From the NCBI GenBank assembly GCA_963809665.1, contig CAWEKC010000001.1, forward strand, positions 6,852-70,851: a stretch of 64,000 bases of DNA, written 5' to 3'. A model generated the notes under the pieces. It was not told where the DNA came from and searched no databases. It worked only from the letters and a program-made list of their open reading frames with translations. Made by a program: the position numbers and the translations under genes. This DNA comes from Candidatus Gottesmanbacteria bacterium. Lineage in GTDB: Bacteria; Patescibacteriota; Microgenomatia; UBA10105; UBA927. Shown in pieces: positions 43,016 to 52,279 of the stretch (position 1 is its first letter; each line of letters begins with the position of its first letter).

Positions 43016-44155
43016 TCAGCCCGAGGCTGATCCGCCTTTGGCGGACTTCCATATTACTTTTGAATAGATAACGTAATTCCAGATAAGAAGAAATCCCGTG
43101 CCCAAAAGGAAAAATTCAAAGTACCACCGGTCGCCTAGGAGTCGGACTCCCAGCCAAATACATCCGGTTTGTATGACAACGACGCCGAATGCACTCGTTG
43201 CGTAAAACTGCGCCAGCTTACCGACATATTGTCCGATACCTTCTATTTTATGATGCCGGAACGTCCACATATTATTCAAATTAAAGTTAGAAAATATGGC
43301 AACGGCCGCCCCGGCGAGATTTGCCCATGTCGCCGACCAATTCAGGTTGTGTAGTACCACTAAAATAACTGCATTAATAATAAATCCTATACCCCCCACG
43401 ACAAGAAACTTACCGAACGGACCGGTAACTATCTCCCGGAATTTTGTTACGGCGATAAATTGGAAAATATTCAAAATATACTCAGCGGGGGCGATCTTAG
43501 AATGTCCGAACCGCCTGTCGGTAAATTGTATCGGGACTTCGGTAATCTTCGCCCCGTCATGGATGGCACTGTGAAGAAACGCGATCTGAAACACGTATCC
43601 GCCGTACCCTTTCACCTTTTCTTTGTTATCCAGATAATACTTTTTTGAATAAGCACGGTACCCTCCGGTCCAATCGTGAACCCCTGTGTGCCAAAGTCCG
43701 AACCGTACGATACTATTGCCTATGACACTGTATATTTTCCGTATTAATCCCCAATTACCCGGTATTGAACCGCCACGGATATATCTGCTGCCGACGACAA
43801 AATCAGCCCCGTTGTCTATTGCATGCAAAAACTCCGGCGCGGTATCCGGATCATGGGACAAATCAGCATCCATCTGCAATAAAATTTCCGCATGTAACTG
43901 ATTAATTGCATACGTCATGCCCCGCAGGAGCGCTTTCCCTAAGCCCTCTTTTTTACCCGAAATAAGGTGCACGTTCCCGTGTGTTTGTTGGTATTTTTTT
44001 ACTAAGTCTCCCGTCCCGTCGGGTGATGTATCATCCACGACCAGGTAGGAAATTGTGTGCCGGTTGACCGCTTTCATTACCGTTTCAAGGCGGTCAAGAA
44101 GCACAATAATATTTTCTCGTTCGTTATACGTGGGAATAATAACGACAACCTTCAT
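43016..44155 (-). CDS. Polyprenol-phosphate-mannose synthase (Dpm1/Ppm1)-like GT2 fused to a C-terminal GtrA flippase domain
   Basis: IPTYNE, DDTSPDGT, MDADLSH, GSRY and EVPIQFTDRRFGHSK, followed by the GtrA-like KFLVVGGIG..NFNLNNMWTF. Confidence 0.87.
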   Translation of the reverse strand: MKVVVIIPTYNERENIIVLLDRLETVMKAVNRHTISYLVVDDTSPDGTGDLVKKYQQTHGNVHLISGKKEGLGKALLRGMTYAINQLHAEILLQMDADLSHDPDTAPEFLHAIDNGADFVVGSRYIRGGSIPGNWGLIRKIYSVIGNSIVRFGLWHTGVHDWTGGYRAYSKKYYLDNKEKVKGYGGYVFQIAFLHSAIHDGAKITEVPIQFTDRRFGHSKIAPAEYILNIFQFIAVTKFREIVTGPFGKFLVVGGIGFIINAVILVVLHNLNWSATWANLAGAAVAIFSNFNLNNMWTFRHHKIEGIGQYVGKLAQFYATSAFGVVVIQTGCIWLGVRLLGDRWYFEFFLLGTGFLLIWNYVIYSKVIWKSAKGGSASG

Positions 44156-44164
44156 AAGGTAGAC

Positions 44165-45125
44165 TCAAACCCGTTCGCGCCAATAGTTGAGAAGGTCCTC
44201 CATCGTTTTTTTGAATGGGATTTCCGGCTTCCAGCCGGTTTTTGCCACAAACTTGCTGTTATCACCTAAGAGCACTGGTACATCTGAAGGACGCATGCGG
44301 GCTTGATCCGGCTCAATCTTTCACTTTAGTTTTCGAAAATGACAGGAGAATATTCAGCATATCACCGATTTTTATCGTCGTGCCGCTGCAAATATTGTAT
44401 ACATCGCCGGGATCACATTTTTCCACTGCAACCAAATACCCTTTTACCATGTCCCGGACGTCCGTATAATCGCGGCTGGCATCCAAATTTCCCACATGTA
44501 TGACCGGATCCTGTTTCCCTTTTTCGATCAGGGCGATTTGCTTGGCAAAATTTGATTCGGCAAACGTATCGCCACGTCTCGGCCCCGTGTGGTTAAACCC
44601 GCGGGTCCGGATGATACGGATCTTATATGACTGAAAATACTGGTATCCCAAATAATCCATTGCAAGCTTTGATACCGCATAGGGTGAAAGCGGACGCAAA
44701 GGATTTGTCTCCTTGATAGGCAATTCATCGGGATGGACCAGCCCATATTCCTCACTGGAGCAGGCTATCTGGATAACCGGATCGATGCCGACCTGACGGA
44801 CTGCTTCAAAAAGGTTAGCTGATCCCACGATATTCGCCTCAAGCGTAACGGACGGCGATACCCATGAGGTCGGAACAAATGACTGCGCGGCAAGATGAAA
44901 AATATAATCCGGTTTAATGCGTGAAATTGTCGAATACAGGCTATGGGTATCCAGAATATCCGCGTCCTCCAGATGAAGCTTGTTGACAATGGAATCGATA
45001 TAATCTGTCTTACTGCGCGACCGTTTGAGTCCGTATACTTCGTATCCGCCGCCGAGAAGCAAATCCGCTAAATGGCTTCCGACAAACCCCGCAATACCCG
45101 TAATAAATACTTTTTTTGCTTCCAT
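44165..45125 (-). CDS. GDP-mannose 4,6-dehydratase / GDP-4-keto-6-deoxy-mannose reductase (Rmd)-like SDR (frameshift near 44320)
   Basis: GIAGFVG, HLAAQS, SSEEYG, SPYAVSK, FNHTGP and GNLDASRD motifs. Removing one A extends the ORF through MRPSDVPVLLGDNSK..GWKP to TGA at 44165. Confidence 0.8.
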
Positions 45126-45143
45126 ATTCCTCCTTTAATAGTA

Positions 45144-46442
45144 TCACATTCTCCCCACGCCGTAATACATGAAACCGAGCGACTTTACTTTTGCCGGTTC
45201 ATAAATATTGCGGCCGTCAAACAATACGAGCGTCTTCATACTGCGGGCCAGTCTCACCAGGTCTACTTGCTGAAATTCATTCCATTCGGTGATAACCGCA
45301 ACTGCATCTGCCCCGTGGGCTGCGGTATATGCATCCCTCGCAAACGTAACGGATGCGGGCAACAACTTTTTCGCATTGCCGATTGCCTCGGGATCATATG
45401 CAACCACTGTTGCTCCATGACGTACGAGTTGATTGATAATGAATATGGACGGCGCTTCCCTCATATCATCCGTATTGGGCTTAAAAGCAAGCCCGAGTAC
45501 TGCAATATGTTTACCACGGAGATTATTTTTAAAATGATGAACTATTTTCTCAACAAAACTCTCGGCGGTTTTTCTGTTTATCTCATCAACTGCTTTAAGG
45601 AGTGAAAAATCATACCCATATTGCTTTGCGATCGCAATAAGCGCCTTTACATCTTTCGGAAAACAGCTTCCTCCGTATCCCACCCCGGCAAACAGAAAAC
45701 TCCTCCCTAAACGTTTATCCAAGCCCACCGCCTCCAGCACATATTCTGCGTCTGCTCCCACCTTTTCCGAAAGCATGGCAATGGCATTGGCAAAAGAAAT
45801 CTTAGTGGACAGAAGTGAATTAGACGCGTATTTAATTAATTCCGCAGTTTCCAGGTTACACAGGACGGTTTTACCGCTTATGGGTTTATGGAGTTCAAGC
45901 AGTAATTCCCGTGCCCTGTCTGATGTTGTCCCGACAACGAGACGGTCAGGGTGCAAGGTATCATCGATAGCGGATCCTTCGCGTAAGAATTCAGGAACGG
46001 ACGCTATTGCAAATGACGATCCCTGCGGTTTATATGCTGTGAGAATCTCGCCGACTTTTTTGTTCGTACCCGGAGGAACGGTGCTTTTGGTCACGACTAC
46101 TTTGTATCCTACGAGTGACTTGGCGACGCTTTCGGCGGCAGTGAAGACGCTCGACAGATCCGCCTCACCGGTAGCTTTAGGCGGAGTCCCTACACAAATA
46201 AAGATGATTTCGGCAGGGACGACTGCTTCTTTGTAATCCAATGTAAATTTCAGCCGTCCGGCATCAACGTTCCGTTTCACCAGTTCCGCAAGCCCCGGCT
46301 CAAAAAATGGCGTGATACCCTTTTTTAAATTTTCGATTTTTTCACGCGTCCGGCCGACTACCCACACAGTGTTCCCGAGATCTGCAAACACCGACGCAGT
46401 AACCAGTCCCACATATCCATGTCCGATAAATGCAATAGTCAT
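45144..46442 (-). CDS. ugd: UDP-glucose 6-dehydrogenase
   Basis: GHGYVGL, ICVGTP, KSTVPPG, PEFLREG, catalytic GYGGSCFPKD and GLAFKPNTDDMRE motifs. Confidence 0.92.
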   Translation of the reverse strand: MTIAFIGHGYVGLVTASVFADLGNTVWVVGRTREKIENLKKGITPFFEPGLAELVKRNVDAGRLKFTLDYKEAVVPAEIIFICVGTPPKATGEADLSSVFTAAESVAKSLVGYKVVVTKSTVPPGTNKKVGEILTAYKPQGSSFAIASVPEFLREGSAIDDTLHPDRLVVGTTSDRARELLLELHKPISGKTVLCNLETAELIKYASNSLLSTKISFANAIAMLSEKVGADAEYVLEAVGLDKRLGRSFLFAGVGYGGSCFPKDVKALIAIAKQYGYDFSLLKAVDEINRKTAESFVEKIVHHFKNNLRGKHIAVLGLAFKPNTDDMREAPSIFIINQLVRHGATVVAYDPEAIGNAKKLLPASVTFARDAYTAAHGADAVAVITEWNEFQQVDLVRLARSMKTLVLFDGRNIYEPAKVKSLGFMYYGVGRM

Positions 46443-46448
46443 AAAGAG

Positions 46449-47303
46449 TTATTGTACCACAAATTCCTGCTTTTTAACCTCCGCTATTCCTTCCCTGAAC
46501 GAATGCATCACAACACCCAATGCTTTAATCTTATCATTCCTCAGCGCGGCGTACTGCGGGGCTGGCGCGCGGTTTGCAAACATTTCGGCAAACGTCGACT
46601 TCTCAACTAATCCCGTGTTGTACTCGAATATTTCTGCAATGATAGAAGCGGCTTCATAGGGGGTGAGGGGGCTGCCGACCACATGATACATACCGCTGGC
46701 TCCTACTTTCACCAAAACGCGGAGTGCCGCTGCTATGTCGTCAATGAATGTCGGCGCAAATATCTGATCGGTGGGCGCGCTAACTATCTCACCGGCCTGC
46801 ATCCGTTCAATCATTTTATGAACAAAATCCTTTTTACCGACCGGATGGGCACGGTATGGATTCGAGATTCGGATAACTAATCCTCCTATCGCAAGTACCC
46901 GCTTTGCTCCTTCTGTCTTCGTTTTGGCATACCATCCTAAAGGATTAGGTGTATCTTCTTCCGTATACGATTTATTCTTCCCATCAAACGCATAATCGGT
47001 ATCAATATACAAAAGTCGTTTATTAAGTTTTTTACAGATATCAGCAATATGCTGGGTCGCTTCGACGTTTACTTTCCAGGCTATATCTTTCTCGGTTCTT
47101 TCTGCTCCCTGGACATCCGTGTACGCCGCCATATGAAATACCCATGGAGCGTCGGTCTTTTCAAGACGCGCCGTCACACTTTTGACGTCAGTAATATCAA
47201 CGCCGGTGTCCGGACTTAAATTCTCAAAGGTGAATTCGGGGGCCAGCATCTGCGTCACACGGGAACCAACCAATCCCGATAATCCGGTTCCCAGAATATT
47301 CAT
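46449..47303 (-). CDS. rmlD: dTDP-4-dehydrorhamnose reductase
   Basis: GLSGLVG, AAYTDV, TDYAFDG and YAKTK motifs. Directly after rmlB. Confidence 0.88.
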   Translation of the reverse strand: MNILGTGLSGLVGSRVTQMLAPEFTFENLSPDTGVDITDVKSVTARLEKTDAPWVFHMAAYTDVQGAERTEKDIAWKVNVEATQHIADICKKLNKRLLYIDTDYAFDGKNKSYTEEDTPNPLGWYAKTKTEGAKRVLAIGGLVIRISNPYRAHPVGKKDFVHKMIERMQAGEIVSAPTDQIFAPTFIDDIAAALRVLVKVGASGMYHVVGSPLTPYEAASIIAEIFEYNTGLVEKSTFAEMFANRAPAPQYAALRNDKIKALGVVMHSFREGIAEVKKQEFVVQ

Positions 47304-48316
47304 GAGGATACTCCGTACTGTTTTTTGTAATATTCCTGATATGCTCCGCTTTTCACCCGCTTCCACCAGGATTCATGTGTTTTGTACCATTCGATTGTTT
47401 TTCCAAGCCATTCTTCAAACTCATGGAGGGGTTTCCACCCTAACCCGTTATTAATTTTAGACCAGTCGATGGCGTAGCGACGATCATGCCCGGGACGGTC
47501 TTTAACAAACTCAATAGAGGACTCATCCTTTCCCATTATGTGCAGAATGAGACGTACGACCTCAAGATTACTGATATCTTTCGTCGATCCACCGACGCAA
47601 TATGTTTCTCCTACTTTCCCCGTCAGGAGTACCGCTTCGATTGCGCGGCAATGGTCTTCAACATAGAGCCAATCCCGTACGTTTTTGCCGTCGCCGTAGA
47701 TTGGTACTTTTTTCCCTTCGAGGATGTTAGTAATCGCCAAAGGGATGAACTTTTCCGGAAAATGAAAGGGGCCGAAATTATTTGAACAATTTGTTATGGT
47801 GATCGGCAGACCGAATGTATGATAGTAGGCGCGTACTAAATGATCCGATCCGGCTTTACTGGCGGAGTAGGGACTTCTGGGGTCATATGGTGTTCGTTCA
47901 CTAAATTTACCCGGATCTTCAAGTGCCAGTGATCCGAATACTTCGTCCGTTGATACATGATGAAACCGTTTCACTTTCACCGTATGGGCCGCATCCAACA
48001 ATACCTGGGTACCCGTGACATTGGTTTTTACAAACGGGGCCGGGTCACGTATGGAGCGGTCCACATGGCTTTCGGCAGCGAAATGGACAACCGTGTCAAC
48101 GCCTTCCATGGCCGCATTCACGGTTGCGGGGTCACAGATGTCACCGTAAACGAATTTGTAACGGGGATTTTTCTCGACGTCCACTAAATTTTCAAGATTT
48201 CCCGCATAGGTAAGTTTATCGAGATTGATGATTGAATCGTCCGGATGATTTGCCATCCAGAAAATAATAAAGTTGGACCCGATAAAACCTGCTCCTCCAG
48301 TGACTAGCAATTTCAT
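47300..48316 (-). CDS. rmlB: dTDP-glucose 4,6-dehydratase
   Basis: TGGAGFIG, FAAESHVDRS, STDEV, YSASK and DRPGHDRRY motifs. Confidence 0.96.
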   Translation of the reverse strand: MKLLVTGGAGFIGSNFIIFWMANHPDDSIINLDKLTYAGNLENLVDVEKNPRYKFVYGDICDPATVNAAMEGVDTVVHFAAESHVDRSIRDPAPFVKTNVTGTQVLLDAAHTVKVKRFHHVSTDEVFGSLALEDPGKFSERTPYDPRSPYSASKAGSDHLVRAYYHTFGLPITITNCSNNFGPFHFPEKFIPLAITNILEGKKVPIYGDGKNVRDWLYVEDHCRAIEAVLLTGKVGETYCVGGSTKDISNLEVVRLILHIMGKDESSIEFVKDRPGHDRRYAIDWSKINNGLGWKPLHEFEEWLGKTIEWYKTHESWWKRVKSGAYQEYYKKQYGVSS

Positions 48317-48340
48317 AAAAATATTAAAATTAACTTTTGT

Positions 48341-48814
48341 TTACGTTATTTTTTTATTCGTGATTGGTTTACCCTGCACCCAGTCATATCCGATATCGGG
48401 ATCGTTATACTCAACGCGCCCTTCTTCTGCTGTGTCATAAATTCGGCTGGTTGCATAGACAAAATGACACGGGCCTTCCAATACTTTCATGCCGTGCGCA
48501 ACACCCGACGGTACTTTTACGATGATATTGTCCGGCTCATTTCCCAGAATAAACTCATTCAGTTGCCTATGGGTCGGTGAATCTTTCCGGAGATCATACA
48601 GAACCATTTTGATTTTCCCTGTTGCACAAAACCACCAGTCAGTCTGCGTTTTGTGTACATGCCATGCCTTGACTACTCCCTCTGCCATAAACGTATGCGA
48701 CAATTGTCCGAATCCTTCAGAAAAAAACTCATCAGTCGAGCGGATAAGCTCTTCAAAATAGCCCCGTTCATCGGGATGGCGGACCAGTTTTTTTATCATT
48801 ACTCCGGCAATCAT
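48341..48814 (-). CDS. rmlC: dTDP-4-dehydrorhamnose 3,5-epimerase family (cupin)
   Basis: DERGYF, KAWHVH, DLRKDSPT and VAHG motifs. Lies between rmlA and rmlB. Confidence 0.88.
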   Translation of the reverse strand: MIAGVMIKKLVRHPDERGYFEELIRSTDEFFSEGFGQLSHTFMAEGVVKAWHVHKTQTDWWFCATGKIKMVLYDLRKDSPTHRQLNEFILGNEPDNIIVKVPSGVAHGMKVLEGPCHFVYATSRIYDTAEEGRVEYNDPDIGYDWVQGKPITNKKIT

Positions 48815-49548
48815 AATTTTCCTTCTTTAACGAACCGTGCAACTTCTGTATTGGCACGCAATAACTCATCGAACGACGTACCTGCATCGATCCACCAGTC
48901 AATAATGCCGCACATGAGTTTGCCGTCTTTAAGATAGAGGTTATTCAGATCCGTTACTTCAAGTTCACCGCGCCCCGATGGTTTTAATTTCCGTATATAG
49001 TCAAATACCTTTCCGTCATAGATATACACGCCGATCTGCGCGATATCCGATTTGGGATGCTCAGGCTTTTCCTCTATAGAGAGAACTGTACCGTCTTTAT
49101 CCATTTCGATGACGCCGTACTGGCTCGATGTGGTATCAAGGTGAACGCCGAATGTCATGGCGCCTTTTCCTGACACCTCAAACCGCCCGACGGATTTTTT
49201 AAGATCAAAATTGAAGATATTATCGCCTAAAATGACGAGAATCGGCCCGTGGTCCGCAAATTTTTCGGCCAGCGCGACCGCCTGGGCAATCCCGCCTTTC
49301 GGGTCTTTCTGCACGGCATAATATACATGAAGCCCGAATTCCTCACCGGCGTTCAGTAAATTGGCAAAATGACCCGCGTGGTCCGGCGCTGAGGTGAGTA
49401 GCACCTCTGTAATTCCCGCCCGTGCCATAGCCTCCAGCGGGTAATAAATCATCGGTTTGTTATAAATAGGCAAAAGATGTTTATTGGTGACTAAGGTCAG
49501 CGGACGTAAACGGGTTGCAAGTCCACCGGCCAGTATAACGCCTTTCAT
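48811..49548 (-). CDS. rmlA: Glucose-1-phosphate thymidylyltransferase
   Basis: ILAGGLATRLRPLT, KHLLPIYNKPMI, LGDN, EEKP and SGRGELEVTD motifs. Start reassigned to MKGVIL. Confidence 0.9.
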   Translation of the reverse strand: MKGVILAGGLATRLRPLTLVTNKHLLPIYNKPMIYYPLEAMARAGITEVLLTSAPDHAGHFANLLNAGEEFGLHVYYAVQKDPKGGIAQAVALAEKFADHGPILVILGDNIFNFDLKKSVGRFEVSGKGAMTFGVHLDTTSSQYGVIEMDKDGTVLSIEEKPEHPKSDIAQIGVYIYDGKVFDYIRKLKPSGRGELEVTDLNNLYLKDGKLMCGIIDWWIDAGTSFDELLRANTEVARFVKEGKL

Positions 49549-49570
49549 AGAGCGTGCTCCTTTCGAAGAG

Positions 49571-49819
49571 CTAAAATCCGAGCATTGTAACCAATAATAC
49601 GATTGCAATGGCCCCTATCAAGAGATATTCTACCACAATCTTCTGATGCAGATCCCGGTTGATAACGTGATGGATAAGCCCCCACAGGACGTATACCACC
49701 GCGGTCACTATTCCGACATACAGCTGGAGAGTCGCGTTCGGTGTCACATACATAAACGCGATAACGCCTGCAGCCAGTACGGCAATTAATACGAGAAGGT
49801 GGCTGACGGATCGTTTCAT
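49571..49819 (-). CDS. Small 3-TM hypothetical membrane protein
   Basis: 82 aa with three hydrophobic helices and a WGLIHH..DL....VVEY motif. ATGA-type overlap with the upstream gene. Confidence 0.7.
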   Translation of the reverse strand: MKRSVSHLLVLIAVLAAGVIAFMYVTPNATLQLYVGIVTAVVYVLWGLIHHVINRDLHQKIVVEYLLIGAIAIVLLVTMLGF

Positions 49820-50748
49820 AAGAGTCTCCCGCGGGAAACACCGGATATGAGAATAAACAACGCACTCAAAAATAATATATGGGCTATATTATGTCCGGCG
49901 ATCCGTACGACCCGCCGGCGGCTGGAAATCCATGCATCAACAAGCAGTACTCCCATAAGAATGCCCACGAATGCGAATACTACATCGCGCGACGCCGTCG
50001 GGATATTAATAAGCGGCGAAGTATTTACGCTCTCAAATCCGCTGACTGCCGGCAGCTGTACCGGATTTGCAGAAGGGGCAGGAACATTCGCTTCTGCAGC
50101 TTCCTGCGGCACCTCAACCTGCCTCACCGGCAGGCTGGCCGGTTGGGCGGGGGGTGCAGGCGCGGCGGCTGCAAGTTCAGCAGGAGTGGTACCGAACATC
50201 TGAACCACAAGTGTTGTTTCTTCGCCGTTTAGCGTTCCGTTGACGACGGCAAACCCCACATCGCGATAGCCGGCCTTGAGTACATTATCGCGGTGTGATG
50301 GTGAAGCCATCCACGCATCAACAACACCCTGGCTGGTAGAGAAGTTTTTAGCCAGATTTTCCCCGGCTACCGTGTACTTGTATCCGGCACCGGTTATAAA
50401 ATCCCACGGTGTTGAGCCTGTCGGACTGTTATGCGCCCAATAATTTTTAGTAAACATATCCGCCGCCTTATTAGCTGCAGCCACGGAAAGCGTACTATTA
50501 ATCGTTACCGGAGAAAGTCCGGCCTCAGCCCGTTTGGCGTTTGTGTCGGTCAGGAGTTGCTGCACGTTAATATCCGTGGCATAGCCCAAAACTCCCGGTG
50601 CAACTTTATGGGCTGCACGGATTCCCAGATTAAAAAGGGCAAACAGAAGCACATACACCAATAGTGAATCTACGTGCAGTGCTTTAGCACGATGGTTATT
50701 CGTATGCTGTGGAATGAAAAAATGCAGCAGATAGTTAATCCGAGCCAT
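49816..50748 (-). CDS. CAP (SCP/PR-1) domain membrane protein
   Basis: N-terminal TM, CAP motifs (YWAH, GENLA, AWMASPSHRDN), a Pro/Ala linker and two C-terminal TMs. Confidence 0.88.
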   Translation of the reverse strand: MARINYLLHFFIPQHTNNHRAKALHVDSLLVYVLLFALFNLGIRAAHKVAPGVLGYATDINVQQLLTDTNAKRAEAGLSPVTINSTLSVAAANKAADMFTKNYWAHNSPTGSTPWDFITGAGYKYTVAGENLAKNFSTSQGVVDAWMASPSHRDNVLKAGYRDVGFAVVNGTLNGEETTLVVQMFGTTPAELAAAAPAPPAQPASLPVRQVEVPQEAAEANVPAPSANPVQLPAVSGFESVNTSPLINIPTASRDVVFAFVGILMGVLLVDAWISSRRRVVRIAGHNIAHILFLSALFILISGVSRGRLL

Positions 50749-50794
50749 ACATATCCATCATATAGCACCTTGAAGCCAAAACGCCAGTCCCTGA

Positions 50795-51379
50795 TCAGGG
50801 CGTCTCTGTGGGAGTCACTTCCTGTTGACCCAGAATAATAACGATCTGGGTTTCTTTGCTGCTGCTGTCTTCGGAGATGGCGAGCGATCCGTTCCACTGT
50901 CCTTTTTCAACTGTCTCACTCGTTGTTCCGCCTGCCGTATAGGTAGTACTTATCGTCCAGCCCCCGCTTGCAAACTGTTCTTTATAATAAGTTACGACTT
51001 TATCAGGAGAGTCGGCCGTCGTCATTGTCATCCAAAATCCGTTGTTTTGCCCAGCTTCCGCCCCGGACATAGCGCTTGCTACTTTGGCGCCCGGGTACAG
51101 CGGAAAATCCTTCGGGAATAAATCCGGCACTTTGCCACTTCCGATATCGACTTTTGCACCGGTTTTGGGGTCGGTGAATGTCACCTTACCTTTTTCGAGA
51201 TCTGAAATATTGGTCGTTATCCCCGTCTTGTTTTCGATAACGCCCTGAATCGCATTTTTCGCAAAAAACTTAAAAAAGACCGTTAATCCCAAACCAATAA
51301 GTATGATGAGAACGAGGCATCCGATACCGACAAACACTATCGGGTTTGTCTTTTTCACTGCAGGTTGTATTTCTGGCAT
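50795..51379 (-). CDS. Hypothetical single-TM anchored extracytoplasmic protein
   Basis: 194 aa with AAGGAG SD, an N-terminal TM and a PDLFPKDFPLYPGA motif. Confidence 0.75.
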   Translation of the reverse strand: MPEIQPAVKKTNPIVFVGIGCLVLIILIGLGLTVFFKFFAKNAIQGVIENKTGITTNISDLEKGKVTFTDPKTGAKVDIGSGKVPDLFPKDFPLYPGAKVASAMSGAEAGQNNGFWMTMTTADSPDKVVTYYKEQFASGGWTISTTYTAGGTTSETVEKGQWNGSLAISEDSSSKETQIVIILGQQEVTPTETP

Positions 51380-51406
51380 ATATTCTCCTTTTCTACATTG
51401 TTATCA

Positions 51407-51715
51407 CTAATACTTCGGCAATACAAGAGTCTTTTTCCCGTTCACCGGTATATCCAATAAATACCCCAGTGTATTGGCAACGGACGCGCCCACACGAAGC
51501 CCTGTAAACGATCCCGGCCCGGTCGCTACCGAAATGGCAGTAATATCGGTTAGTTTAATCTTGTGCGCCAAAAGCATATCTTCAATCATCGGAAGTACCA
51601 TCTGGGATTTCAAAACCTTCGACTCCGATGTTTTTTCGAAGCGTTTTCCGTCAGTTTCCAGCGCAATACTCGCGGTATTAACTGCCGATGTGTCAATGAA
51701 AAGTGTAACGGACAT
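51407..51715 (-). CDS. tsaB: tRNA t6A biosynthesis protein TsaB (short, N-terminal half only)
   Basis: FIDTS and GPGSFTGLRVG signature. Adjacent to tsaC and tsaE. Confidence 0.85.
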   Translation of the reverse strand: MSVTLFIDTSAVNTASIALETDGKRFEKTSESKVLKSQMVLPMIEDMLLAHKIKLTDITAISVATGPGSFTGLRVGASVANTLGYLLDIPVNGKKTLVLPKY

Positions 51716-51718
51716 ATA

Positions 51719-52279
51719 TTATAATTTTACCGCTCCCCGGCGGATTATTTTATACGGGTTTACCGAACAGTCTACCACAGTTGACGCCTGTTTGACCGTA
51801 CACTCGCCGGGCACAACGTAATCCACCATCTTAACCAGTTCAGGATTAAGGTCCGCGGTAGAGTAGGGGGTGGAATCCCCGTGAAAATTTGCGGACGGGC
51901 CTAAAACCGGTACACCCACTTCTTCAATGATTTTAAGAATTTCCGGGTGGTTAGGCATCCGGAGCCCGATAGTTTTTCCACCGGCGCGGATAGGGGAGTA
52001 GACAGCATTTGTTTTGCATGGGGTTACTATCGTCAATGCTCCCGGCCAATATTCCTTCATTAAACGTCGTACAATATCTGAAGGGGAATCGAGATAGGCA
52101 AGTGCAGTTTCTATTGAATTCACAAGTACCGGCATCTGCTGCGTCGTAGGACGACGTCTGATTGTAAACAATCGATCGACCGCGTCATGATTATCTATCC
52201 TGCACCCTATGCCGAAGGCCGTATCCGTGGGAAATATGATAATTCCGCCATTTTTCACTATTTCTACCACATCTTTCAT
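51719..52279 (-). CDS. tsaC: L-threonylcarbamoyladenylate synthase (TsaC/YrdC/Sua5)
   Basis: FPTDTAFG, WPGALT, GLRMP, PSAN and STVVD motifs. Confidence 0.92.
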   Translation of the reverse strand: MKDVVEIVKNGGIIIFPTDTAFGIGCRIDNHDAVDRLFTIRRRPTTQQMPVLVNSIETALAYLDSPSDIVRRLMKEYWPGALTIVTPCKTNAVYSPIRAGGKTIGLRMPNHPEILKIIEEVGVPVLGPSANFHGDSTPYSTADLNPELVKMVDYVVPGECTVKQASTVVDCSVNPYKIIRRGAVKL

